In this document: positions 38,771 through 51,139 of the stretch, in pieces | Layout: each line of letters begins with the position of its first letter | Numbering within the stretch: position 1 is the stretch's first letter | From: Malacoraja senta | Taxonomy: Eukaryota | Direction: 5' to 3' | DNA: 64,000 nt | Assembly (NCBI GenBank): GCA_038087875.1 | Contig: CM075988.1 | Coordinates: 5,394,001-5,458,000, forward strand | Notes under the pieces: model-generated | Seen by the model: the letters and a program-made list of their open reading frames with translations, nothing else | Database searches by the model: none | Told to the model about the DNA's origin: nothing | Made by a program: the position numbers and the translations under genes

Positions 38771-39277
38771 GAGACCATACTGACAGGTTGCATCGTGGCT
38801 TGGTTCGGCAACATGAGCGTCCAGGAGCGAGAAAGAATGCAGAAAGTTGTGACCACTGCCCAGTCCATCATCGGCTCTGACCTCCCCACCATCGAAGGGA
38901 TCTATCGCAGTCGCTGCCTCAAAAAGGCTGCCAACATCTTCGAGGACCCACACCATCCTGGCCACACACTCATCTCTCCGCTGCCATCAGGTAGAAGGTA
39001 CAGGAGCCTGAAATCTGGTACATCCAGGTTCATGAACAGCTACTTCCCCACAGCCATCAGGCTATTAAACTCGCCATCAAACAAACTCTGAACTATAACA
39101 GCCTAGTGCACGTTATCTGTTTATTTATGTGTATATATATGGTCTATGCTATATAGACACACTGATCTGTTCTGTATTTATGCTTACAATACTCTGTTGT
39201 GCTGCAGCAAAGCAAGAATGTTATTGTCCTATCTGGGACACATGACAATAAACTCTCTTCACTTGACTTGACTTGAC
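38771..39277 (+). mobile_element. Rex1/Babar-clade LINE 3' fragment inserted in a minus-strand CR1 fragment
   Basis: WFGN....R..QKVV.TA..IIG..LP......RC.KKA..I..DP.HPGH.L...LPSGRRYRS; (CTTGA)n tail. Confidence 0.9.
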
Positions 39278-39446
39278 TATAGTTCAGGCCCTCAAGTTCT
39301 GGCATCATCCTCATAAATTATCTCTGCACTCGTTCCAACTTAACAATACCCTTCCTATTCCAGGGTGACCAAAACTGAACACAATTCTCCAAGTGCAGTC
39401 TCACTAATGTCTTGCACAACTGTAACATAACATTCACTTCTACACT

Positions 39447-39922
39447 GTGAAAAATATACATCTTCTAGATGCGCTGGGACGCATCCTCAGTGATGTGATC
39501 CGGGGTCATCGGGTGTTTCGGGTCTCACAACATCAGACACCCTCGCCCAGGCGACCCAGCCGGGGTTGATCAGGCCCTGACTTGCGTCCCAGCAGCAACC
39601 GCCCACGGATCAGCCATCTTAATAACTACTCTGCAGGGGTTGGGAGACTCTAGTGCGTGGAGGGACTAGGCTCTGTGGGGTGAGTCCAGGCCGGGCTCCT
39701 CATGCGTCTCACCAGGTTCAAGTCCTGTGCGCTGCACCTCTTTCTCCTTCCCCGAACATTTCATTCTCGCCTGATGGATTTTTAGGCCACGGTGGTTCAT
39801 TCGGCCTTTCCGTAGCTTTATTAGGTGTCTTTATCATGAAAGACACAGACTGGGGTGCTAACTAACCCAGCCTGTCCCGGGTGCCGTCTTTCCGTGCCAT
39901 CAACTGTCTCTCCAGTAGTCAC
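39447..39922 (-). mobile_element. Short bipartite derivative of a Hero-clade non-LTR element
   Basis: Both ends match the 5' and 3' ends of the element at 49068-50232; ~475 bp, no RT. Confidence 0.75.
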
Positions 39923-40502
39923 TAATGAAGGCCAATGTAACAAAAGCCTTCTTGCCCACCTGTGACATCATTTTCAAGGAGCTATCCTCGATCCCTCTGC
40001 TCTACAACAGTCCCCAGGGCTCTGCTATTTACTGTGAAGGTCCTGCCCTGGGTTGACTTCCCAAAATGCAACACCTCACACTTATCTGCATTAAACTCTA
40101 TTAACCATTCCTCAGCCCTCTCGCCCAACTGATCAAGATCCTGCTGTAAATTTTGGCAAACCATCATCGCTAACTACAATACTACCTGCTTTGGTGTCAT
40201 CTGCAAAGTTACTAATGATGCTTTGTACATTCTCATCCAAATCAGTGGTGTTCATGACAAATAGCAATGGGCCCAGCACCGAACCCTGAGGCACACCACT
40301 AGTCAAAGGCCTACATTGTAAAAAAACAACCTTCCACCATCGCCCTCAGTTTCCTTCCATTAAGTAGTATTTGATCCCAGAGAAGTCAATGGCCACAGGA
40401 GAATATGCTAGTCCCAGAAGTCAAACTACTCAACCTATACTGTCTGATGTCAAGGCAGGTGTATAGTATTTGATACAGACGGCCTGGTACAGCGAATCTA
40501 AT

Positions 40503-40677
40503 ACTTAGCTGCACGTCACGGGGTGACGCCTGTATGGTCGTGAGTAGTCGCCCAAAGAGTCGTACCTTTTCCTGGTCGCCGCTGGATTTTCAACGTGTTG
40601 AAAATTTCCGGTGACTTGCTGCGACTATGATGGGTGCCGGCAGTTGCCGAAAGAATCGTGTAAGTGGGACAGGCCCA
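40503..40677. mobile_element. Truncated Harbinger-type MITE (right end only)
   Basis: TAAGTGGGACAGGCCCA followed by TAA. Confidence 0.65.
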
Positions 40678-41767
40678 TAAGAGAGATACAGAGAAATGGC
40701 GCTGGGTGACCTTTGATGAAATGTTAGCACCGAGCCTGCTTTGGAACACAGAACCTCAGGCATAATCCCTTTCAGTTGAGATTGTACATGGACCTGTGGC
40801 GAGATTCAGTGAACTGTGCCACTCCATTGACATTGTACACAATGGAACAAACAAAGGTGGCCAGGCCACTGCATTTCCGGCTGGTAACTTTAAAGAATGG
40901 AAAGATCATAAGGAGGCCTTCACACTGAACACTGAGCTGGTCATGGAGGACAAACCAGGATAAAATGTAACTCATTGGTCATGTGGGAAGAATTGTACCA
41001 TATAATGACAACTTGAAATCCTGGAGAATGCTTTAGATGTTTCAGAAGCACATTGTGGCACACTTAAAAATGAAATAATGACGGTTGCCAGAGCAAGAAC
41101 CAAGCTGCTAGAGGAACTCAATGGTTTAGTTCAGTTTACTTTAGAGATAGAGCCAGGAAGCGGGCCTTTCAGCTCACCGAGCCCACACCGACTACTGATC
41201 ACCCATTCACTCTGGTTCTATGTTCTCCTATTTTCTCATCCACACTCTACACACTAGAGGAAGATAAGCTACAACCCTGCATGTCTTTGGGTTGTGAGAG
41301 TAAGCCAGAGCACCCAGAGGAAACCCATGCAGTCACAGGGCAAACGTACAAACTCCACACAGAAGGTACCTGAGGCCAGGATTGAACCCGGGTCTCTGCC
41401 GCTGTGAGCCAGCAACTCTACCTGCTTTGTCACTGTGCAAATGCAAGCAACCAAGGATACAAAGGAATGGATACCATTTTGAGTCATGATGTAGCACCAG
41501 GACCCTCCAAACTTACTCTGATACATGTCCCCAACTCTTTCTCCATTGACTGCATTGGTGCTGCTTCCTGCACTTGTATGGAACTTGATGATTTTATCAA
41601 TGTTGCATTTAATACTCCTGCACAGGTGTTGCTCAACCCACAGAGTTCCTTCAGCTGTTTGTTTCTTTGCTCCAGATTCCAGCATCTGCAGTCGCTTGTG
41701 GCTCCAATGGAGATTTCTGTTCCTTTACATACAACAGGTAAAAGGTAGACGCTTTGATATTTCATAA

Positions 41768-42200
41768 ATAGACAAAAAGTGCAGGATAAGGCCATTCGGT
41801 CCTTCGAGCCAGCACCACCATTCAATGTGATCATTGCTGATCATCCACAGTCAGTACCCCGTTCCTCCCTTCTCCCCATATCCTCTGACTCCGCTATCTT
41901 CAAGAGCCCTATCTAACTCTCTCTTGAAAGTGTCCAGAGAACTGGCCTCCACCACCCTCTGAGGCAGAGAATTCCACGGACTCACAACTCTCTGCATGAA
42001 AAAGTGTTTCCTCATCTCCGTTCTAAATGGCTTACCCCTTATTCTGAAACTGTGGCCCTCTGGTTCTGGACTGCCCAAATATTGGGAACATGTTTCCTGC
42101 TCTAGCGTGTCCAAATCCTTAATAATCTTATATGTTTCAATAAGATTCCATCTCATCCTTCTAAATTCCAGAGTGTACAAGCCCAGCCATTCCATTCTCT
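41768..42200 (-). mobile_element. CR1 LINE 3' fragment
   Basis: LGLYTLEFRRMR.NLIETYKI...WNSLPQR. Confidence 0.9.
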
Positions 42201-44529
42201 CTGAATGAGTTTAAATTGTTGGCAGATAATTGCAGCTTCACCCGATTGGAAGGTCTCACTCATCAAAGATACAGTTGTTTATGGGATCCGGGAGAGCAGG
42301 ATGGAGTGAGCTCAAATATATAACTGCAGATGCAGGATAAGAAGGTTGATTGACCAACAGAAGGAAGTTAGATGATGGCAGGATCATAAAGATTGTTCAT
42401 AAGAAAAAAATGCCTGGAAAGATTTAGAGGGAAATGGGCCAAATGTGGACAGGTGGTACTAGAGTAGATGGGGCATCTTGGTCGGCATGAGCAAGTTGGG
42501 CTGAAGGGCCTGTTCCCGTGCTTCTATGACTTGTACCTTGTACCTTCCGAAGAGTCCACTAGGGACTATTCTGGAAGTTGGACAATTTTCACATTTATCA
42601 AGCCAATTAATCAAGCTAATTAACCTACAAACCTGTACTTCTTGGGAATGTGGGAGGAAACCGAGGATCTTGGAGAAAACCCACGCAGGTCACGGGGAGA
42701 ACGTACAAACTCCGTACAGGCAGCCCCCGTAGTCAGGATCGAACCCGGGCCCCTGGCGCTGCATTTTGCTGTAAGGCAGCAACTCTACTGCTGCGCCACT
42801 GTGACTGCCTATGACTCTAAGTCATAACTCATGGATAAATACAGTGTGAAGATATTATTCACAGCACAGTAGCTACAGTAAAGATCCGGAGTGAGAGACA
42901 GAAATGTGAGACCTGGAGAACTCCAGAAGGAAACAACCAGAGGAGATGCTTCAACCTCTTTACATCCCAGACAGACATGAGCTCCGCTCATCATTGTGGA
43001 AAAATGTATCTGACCACCAGGGACTATTTCCCAACCCGAAACGTCACCTGTCCATTTCCCCCAGAGATGCTGCCTGACCCGCCGAGTCACTCCACCATTT
43101 TTTGTCTATCTTTGGTATATACCAGCATCTGCAGTTCCTTTCTATTAGTAATTCTCAGTTTTGGGGGATATAGACTTGGAAAGCATCATTGGTCATTCAG
43201 AAACTGAAAGGAAAGTTTCCCAGCAGGGATATCCTTGAGGTGCTGACACAAAAATAACCAGTGATTATAGAGAATAATAGAGGGATATGGATCATGTACA
43301 GGCAGATGAGATCAGTTTAACTTGGCATCATGTTCGACACAAACATTGTTCCTGTACTGTGCTAATCTATGTTTAGTTTAGTTTAGTTTAGAGACATAGG
43401 GAGGAAGCAGGCTCTTCGGCCCACTGAGTCTGTGCTGACCAGCAATAACCCCTTACACTAACACTATCCTACACACTAGGGACAATTATACACTTTTTAC
43501 CAAGGCTAATTAAGCTACAAACGTGTCCGTCTTTGGTGTGTGTGGGAGGAAATCAGAGCACCTGGAGGAAACCCACGCGGTCACAGGGAGAACGTACTAA
43601 CTCCATACAGACAACAGCACCAGTAGTCAGGATCGAACCCGGGTCTCTGGTGCTGTAAGGCACAATTCAGTCGCTGCGCCACCATGCCGTCCAGTGTTTA
43701 CATTGATCCCACTCTAATCTAATTTTATGATTCCCACTGTCACCATTAGGACTCCTTGGATTCTGCCTCTCACCTACACACAAGGGGACGTCTACAGCAG
43801 CTGATTACCTACCAACCTCTTGAATGGAATGGAATACCTTATTGTCATGTGACAAGGCACCGTGACATGCTTTGCTTGCCTACCCACGGTATGCAAATAG
43901 TCGCCACATAAACGGCGCTGACAAAATTACAGAGTATTCCCGCCGGCTCCTCCTATGTTAACCCCCTCCCCACCCCCCCACCCCCGTATGGCGGCCCCAC
44001 CAGGTCGGGTCCTCCTTTGTTCTTCTTCCCTCCTCCCCCCACCCCTTCCCCCTTTACATGTGGGAGGAAACGGAAGCAATCTATTGAATGGTTTCAGCGG
44101 CCCTTCCATAAGCTAGAGTACAGTCCAGGTTCTCCAAGCTGCCCTATTATGCACATTGGATGCTTTCTGGAAATGTTATGCTACAACTCTGAGGGACTAC
44201 ATTGTGCATTCTGGTACTGTTCTCTTTGCTCTACACTTTGTACGTGTCTGGCTTGATTGTATTCATGTATAATGTCTGCAAAGCTGGCAAACAAATGCTT
44301 TTCACTGTACTTTGGTACATGTGCAAAATAATAAACATAAATCAAAACCAGAAAAAACCCAGACAGTGACAGGAAGAACATACAATTTGTACATAGTCAG
44401 GATCTGAGGTCAGGTTTGAACCTGGGTCTCTGTGTGAGGCAAAGGCTTCACTAGCTTTGCCACTTTGACACCATTTTGTGAATTTTTTGTCACTTCATCT
44501 TCCATTATTAAAGGATGGATGTAAATGGG

Positions 44530-44980
44530 AATAGACAATAGACAATAGGTGCAGGAGTAGGCCATTCGGCCCTTCGAGCCAGCACCGCCATTCAATGTGA
44601 TCATGGCTGATCATCCCCAATCAGTACTCCGTCCCTGCCATCTCCCCATATCTCCTGACTCCGCTAACTTTAAGAGCCCTATCTAGCTCTCTCTTGAAAG
44701 TATCCAGAGAACTGGCCTCCACTGCCCTCTGAGGCAGAGAATTCCACATACTCACAACTCTATGTGAGAAAAAGTGTTTCCTTGTCTCTGTTCTAACTGG
44801 CTTACCCCTTATTCTTAAACTGTGGCCCCTTGTTCTGGACTCCCCCAATATCGGGAAAAATGTTCCTGCCTCTAGCGTGTCCAAACCCTTAATAATCTTA
44901 TATGTTTCAATAAGATTCCCTCTCATCCTTCTAAACTCCAGAGTATACAAGCCCAGCCCTTCCATTCTCTCAGCATATGA
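44530..44980 (-). mobile_element. CR1 LINE 3' fragment
   Basis: LGLYTLEFRRMRGNLIETYKIIKGLD...GESRTRGHSL; (CTATTGT)n tail. Confidence 0.92.
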
Positions 44981-45596
44981 AGGTGGGGAAAGGAATGTCA
45001 GATGGAATTTAACTCAGCGCTGTGTGAAACAATGTGCTTTTGGAAGTTGAGTCAGCCCAGGACATACACAGTAAAAGCAATGTCCGGGAGGTTTTGGGAC
45101 TTGTGCAGGTACAGGTGTACAGTATAGTTCCCAGAAAGAGGAAATGCAGGAAGACAAGGAGGTAAAGGAAGTGTATGGCATGTTTACCTCGTTCAGTAAG
45201 GGCATTGCGTCCACGAGTTGGGATGTCATGTTACAGCTGTATAGGACATTGGTGAGACTACATCTGGAATATTGCATGCATGCTCAAAGTGCTGGAGGAA
45301 CTTAGCAGCTCAGTCAACATCTGTGGTGGGAATGGACAGACAATATTTTTGGTCAGGAGACTTCTTCAGACTGAGGGAGTACGGAGATGAAAACTGGGAA
45401 AGGGAGGTAGAGATGAGGCAAAGCCTGGCAAGTGATACGTGGATAAAGGTGGATGTATTTTTTTTGTTTAGTTTAGAAATTCAGCGCAGAAACAGGCCCT
45501 TCAGCCCACCGAGTCCACACCAATCTGCGATCCCCGCACAATAACATTATCCTACACACACTAGGTTCCATTGAAATTTACACCAAGCCAATTAAC

Positions 45597-47843
45597 TGTG
45601 GTATTATGGAATAATAGTGTAAGGAATGCCTTTATTCTGCTGCCAGTGGTCAGGCTGCAGTGACGGCATCCGGCCTGAAGGTGGGGCTGTGGGCGTAACC
45701 AGAGAGGCCTAGGAGCAGGGCCCGGGGATGCAGCACGAGGCTGCTGCTGTAGAGAGTTGCTAAATAAAGACAGACTCCGATTACGTCGTTGTACGAGCCT
45801 CATTATAAGAATAATTCGATATGGTGTCAGAAGTGGGATGCCATGTGGTCACCTGTGGCATATGCGTCCAGGTCAATGACGCCAACAGAGCAGCGCTATG
45901 CTCAAGTAGAGAAGGAGGCATTGGCTGCAACGTGGGCATGTGAAAGGTTCAGCTGTTTCATCCTGGGAAGACCATTCGAGCTGGAAACTGACCATAAGCC
46001 GTTGGTGAGTCTGCTGGGAAGGAAAGCTTTGGATGACCTCCCACCAAGAATCCAAAGATTTAGGATGAGACTCATGAGGTACAACTATACAGTCAATCAT
46101 GTCCCTGGCAAAAGCCTGTGGACAGCCGACACCTTATCCCGTGCTCCTCTGAGAGCCGCAAGAGCACACACAGACACAAGCCTATTAGAGGACACCAACA
46201 TCTATGTAGACTCTGTCATCAGCAACATTCCTGTCAGTGGAGATTATCTGAGCAGCCTACGTGAGCACCTGAAGGCAGACAGCACATGCTCTGCACTGAT
46301 GGAGTACTGCACAGACGGCTGGCCCGACAAAAGTCAACTGCAGGGAGTGCTGAGACATTACTGGGCTGATAGAGCAGTGCTGACTGTGCACGATGGGCTG
46401 CTGCTGCGGGGCACGAGACTCGTCATCCCATCAGCCTTACAAGGTGATGTGCTGCAGAGACTACATGAGGGACACCTGGGGGTGACAAAGTGCAGGGGCC
46501 GGGCCAAACAGACGGTATGGTGGCCAGGACTCAGCAGCCAGCTGAATGACATGGTGCTGAAATGTAGAACCTGCATCCAAGAGAGAAGGAACGTCAAAGA
46601 GCCGCTGATGCCAACGGAGATGCCAGACAGGCCTTGGCAAACCTTGGGAGCTGACCTGTTCACGCTGAAAAACAAGACTTATCTAATAGTAGTAGATTAT
46701 TTCTCAAGGTAGGTGGAAGTTGCGCTGCTGTCACACACAAGGTCCACAGATGTGGTGGTGCACCTGAAATCCATGTTTTCTCGTCATGGAATTGGGGAAT
46801 TTCTTAAAAGTGACAATGGGCCCCAGTTCTCAGGTAGCCACTTTAAAGCCTTTGCAGCAGAGTATGGCTTTGTGCACATCACGAGCAGCCCCAAGTTTCC
46901 TCAGAGCAATGGGGAGGCGGAACGCGCTGTACAAACCGTGAAAAACCTGCTAACAAAGGCATCAGACCCATATCTTGCATTGCTGGCCTACAGAGCAACC
47001 CCTCTACAGAACGGCTATAGCCCGGCCGAGCTGTTGATGGGGCGCCGCCTCCGCACTACAGTTCCTGCCCTTCCAACCCTGCTGAATCCAGTTTTGCCTG
47101 ACTACAACGCGCTGGGGGCCAAAGAAAGGGAGAAGAGGAGGAACGACGCAAGATCCTTCGACAAGAGGCACGGAGCGAGAAACCTGGAGCCACTCGTACC
47201 TGGGGAGGATGTGTGGATCACCGATGCACGAGTCCAGGGCACAGTGCTATCTACACACAACACCCCTCGCTCTTATATCGTCCAGGTGCCTCAGGGCACA
47301 CTGAGGAGGAACCGGCATCACTTGGTGCCGCTGCAGACCAACAGTGGGGTAGTCGATGCTGATGAGCCACCGGTGGGAGAAGATTCACCTACACCAGAGC
47401 CAGCTCCACCAGTGACAACATCACTCAGCAGAGAGGGCCCCACCACAGAGACGGTGCGGACCAGGTATGGGAGAGAGGTTAGAAAGCCGCAGAGACTTGA
47501 TTGGTGATTTATTGATTTGTTTGATCAGGGACAGGTCTTTCAGCAAAAGGGCAGAATAAACCCCTTAAGACCTGCAGAGACAAAGGTAGTCCACCCTTTG
47601 TTCTCAAAGAAAGGGAGATGTGGTATTATGGAATAATAGTGTAAGGAATGCCTTTATTCTGCTGCCAGTGGTCAGGCTGCAGTGACGGCATCCGGCCTGA
47701 AGGTGGGGCTGTGGGCGTAACCGGAGAGGCCTAGGAGCAGGGCCCGGGGATGCAGCACGAGGCTGCTGCTGTAGAGAGTTGCTAAATAAAGACAGACTCC
47801 GATTACGTCGTTGTACGAGCCTCATTATAAGAATAATTCGATA
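45597..47843 (+). mobile_element. Internally deleted Gypsy (Mag-like) LTR retrotransposon inserted in a HE1 SINE
   Basis: 225 bp LTRs (45597-45821, 47619-47843) differing at one visible base; 5 bp TSD TTAAC; PBS TGGTGTCAGAAGTGGGAT (tRNA-Leu-like); PPT AAAGAAAGGGAGA. Confidence 0.97.
45844..47507 (+). pseudogene. pol: Gypsy pol remnant: RNase H C-part and integrase, one in-frame TAG at 46710-46712
   Basis: PVAYASR..Y.Q.EKEALA, TDHKPL, ADTLSR; HHCC (HEGH..CRTC); D,D35E (VVDYFSR, SDNGPQF, NGEAER). Confidence 0.95.
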
Positions 47844-49067
47844 TTAACCTACAAACCTGTACGTCATTGGAGTGTGGGAGGAAACTGAAGATCTCGGAGA
47901 AAACCCATGCAGGTCATGAGGAGAACAGGCAAATTTAATACAGCACCCGTAGTCAGGATCGAACTGGGCCTCTGGCACTGTAAGGCAGTTGCTCTAATGC
48001 TGCGCCACCGTGCCGCCCATATTGTGTGCAGTTCTGGTTGCCATACTAGAGGAAGGATGTGCTTAAGCTGGATAGAGTCACAATGGATTTCGCTGGAACT
48101 GGAGGGCTTAGTGCTTCATTGTCAAATGTGAAAAACACCATGAAATTATTTTTGAGTTGCCAGATTTGGCCTCTATTCTGGAGACTGAGGAGTGATCTTA
48201 GAGAGTTGTATAAAGTCATGAGGGGCATTGATAAAGTGAATGATCACAGCCTTTTTCCAAGGTTTGAGGAGTTTAAAACTAGAAGCAATGGGTTCAAGAT
48301 GAGAGAGGACCTGAGGCAAATGTTGCATATAGTGGGTTGTTGGTATGTGGCATGTTCTGCTGGAGGAAATGGTGGAGATGGTACAATTAGACGATATGTG
48401 GACAGCTTCATGGAAAGGAAATCTTTGGAGGGATATGGGCAACTTGATCAGCATGGTGAATTGGGCTGAAGGGCATGTTTCTGTGCTGTATATTTCCATG
48501 GCTCCATGGCAACGATTTTATAAAGTGTCAAGAGCAATGTTGGACTTTACTTGTTCTTCCAATGCTGGATCCTTCAGATGGATAGATTTATGTGACCAGC
48601 AGCAAGCTGGAGTTGCAACAAATCCACAGGAAAGACACCTGTTGAAAGGATGACTTCTGGTTGTCTAAGTTGTTGATAGTTTAAACCCCTTTCATTGTCT
48701 TAGTTAGACCTTGAATTGACCATCCCTTTAGCTTGGAGAGTGAATGAGAATATTAGGTAGCGTGCTTCTTCAGAAAGATGCCTGCTCCCCACCAGAACCG
48801 GCACCTACATTATTTCAATTATTGATCCTCCACTGGCCTTTGTCAGGTGAGTGAGTGCTTTGTATCCATAGAATGGATGTGTAGCTCACTTCAAAGCCAG
48901 CTGTGATATAATTCCAGCCAGCAATTTATGTGTCCATAGCATTTAGCATCTCCTTGCTAATACTGACCTGTTCCAGATTATCCACATACCCCTCCCTGAA
49001 CCCACCATCCTCCACATCCTTCCCCTAGTTGAATACAGTTGAGAAGTTTTCAACCAAGAATAGGGTG

Positions 49068-50232
49068 GTGACGATTGGAGAGACAGTGGACAGCTCGGAA
49101 AGATGGCAACCGGGGCGGGGCGGGTTGGCAGCCCAAACCGCATCCTCTGAGAGGAGGAGAACCAAGTCACGCTACAGAAAATCACATGGAAAAATACCCC
49201 CAGGGGTGCCCGAGAGGGGGGGAGGATGAGCACCTCAATTTGACGGATCAAAGGTTAACGACTAATGGCAATGGACAACCATCTATGAGTATCAAATGCA
49301 GATGTGGTAAGGTTTGCAAGAACAGCCGAGGCCTGAAGATTCACCAGACCCGGATGAAGTGTTTGGAGGGACAGGGAGTGTCACATCGCACAGGTATTTT
49401 ACCTGCTGAGACGCAGGAGGAGCCGGGCCCGGAATCACCCCATAGAGCTCGAAGCCTCCAAGTGGCGCAACTAGTCCATCGGAACAGTTCTCCGGAGAAG
49501 GTTCGAGTCAAATGGCCTCAGGCCTGCAAGACGGCAGTCTGGCATCAGTTCGACGAGGACGTCGACAAGGTGCTAGAAGCAATGCCCCAACACCCAGATG
49601 ATCACCTTTGTGAAGGCCGGAGTGCAGCTGCCAAGAACCACAGCAGCCAGGAATCCTGGTGACTGCGCAGGACTGGCAGCTTTCTGTAGACCTGGTGAAA
49701 CGGCTGAAGTTCCAACAGCACATTGCCACGACCACCCAGAGGCCAGATATCCTCCTGGTCTCAGAGGCGACCAAAAACATCGTCTTCTTGGAACTGACAG
49801 TGCCGTGGGACGGCCGTCTGGAGGAAGGCCCACGAGAGGAAGATGGCCAAGTATGAAGAGCTGGTCATAGACTGCCGTAAGCAGGGCTGGAAGGCAAGGT
49901 TTGTGCCCATCGAGGTTGGCTGCAGAGGTTTTGCAGGGCAATCGCTCTACAAAGCCCTGAGTGCACTGGGCATCAACGGAATGGCGAGGAGAAGGGCGAT
50001 CAGGAATATCACAGAGGCAGCGGAGAAAGCCTCGAGATGGCTCTGGATCAGGAGAGAAGGTCCATGGGGAGGAGCAAATGCCACCTGAACACAAGTCGTG
50101 GTCTGATCAACCGCGGCTGGGTCGCCTGGGTGAGGGTGTCTGATGTTGAAAGACCCGAAACACCCAATGACCCCCAGGTTACATCAGTGATGATGTGTTC
50201 AGGAGCATCAAGAGATGTATTTGTATCAATCA
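49068..50232 (+). mobile_element. Internally deleted Hero-clade (restriction-like endonuclease) non-LTR element
   Basis: N-terminal CRCGKVCKN.RGLKIHQ.RM.C zinc finger joined at ~49580 to C-terminal RPDILL...FLELTVPW...KY..L...IEVGCRGF...ASRWLW; RT absent. Confidence 0.85.
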
Positions 50233-50373
50233 TGTAAGGACCTCACTCACATCCCTTAGATCCATAGGTAGATTTGGGCCAAAGGAACCCACCCTGTGAT
50301 TAGAATGTCTTGGGATTTTCCCTAATTTAGTTTTCCGTTTAGTTTAGCGATACAGCACAGAAACAGGCACGAA

Positions 50374-51139
50374 AGGGGCTGTCCCACTGCGGCGACCTAA
50401 TCTGCAGGTTTAGAAGAGTTTGCCCACGACTCAAACTCACAGCATGGTCGGCACGTGGTCCTAGGAGGTCCTATGAGGTCACTGGAACTCTCCTTCATGC
50501 TCGAGGGAAGTTTCCGCATACTCGCGGCCTCAGTTTGATCGAGGAACATTTGTCAGTAAGTTTAAAAATTTTCAGCAAGTAAAAATTGGTCGGCATGGTT
50601 CTTTTGAACTCGTAGTGAAGTGGAGTGGGGTCGCTATGTAATTACAGGCAGTCGAGGGCAGCCATAGGCAATCTCCTTCGCTGACCGGGCATTTTAATTG
50701 GCTCATTGGAGTTTTCAGGGCCAAGGACTGATAGGTTAAATGCCCGCTAAACTTTATTAAACGTTGTCTGACTTCTTAAAAGTGTCTCCACTCCTTCTGC
50801 CCCCCTTCTCCCCCCTTCTCCCCCCCCCCTTCTCTCCCCTTCTCTCCCCCTCTCTCCCCTTCTCTCCCCTCTCTAAAGGACTTACCGTACACTGTGCAGC
50901 CGTCTTTTACCTTCCTCTTCATCGCGGGTGTGAATTTCAGACAGCTCTCCCCCGCTTTCCCTGGCCCCCGCCTTTGCGATGTGTTTGTGTGTGTGCGTGT
51001 GTGTATGTGTGCGGTCGGTCGATCCAGCTTGCGGTTTCATCGCTGACGGTCGATCCAGCTCGAGGTTTTCCAGGCGAGTGCCCTCGAGCTTGAAGGTCAA
51101 AGACAGTCGCTGAAAGGTTGCGTCAGTGGGACAGGCCCT
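50374..51139. mobile_element. PIF/Harbinger-type MITE (related to family B) splitting a HE1 SINE tail
   Basis: TIR AGGGGCTGTCCCACTG / CAGTGGGACAGGCCCT; shares internal blocks (ATTGGCTCATTGG, CCGTACACTG) with 12617-13392. Confidence 0.8.

Noticed and set aside
46710..46712. Programmed stop readthrough between the two Gypsy ORFs
   Set aside because: The TAG lies inside the integrase core, where an aromatic residue is expected; a nonsense mutation is simpler.
50134..50175. CTGATG...GAAAC hammerhead-like look in the Hero 3' UTR
   Set aside because: Core reads CTGATGT rather than CTGANGA and no stem II closes it; kept only as a generic structured element.
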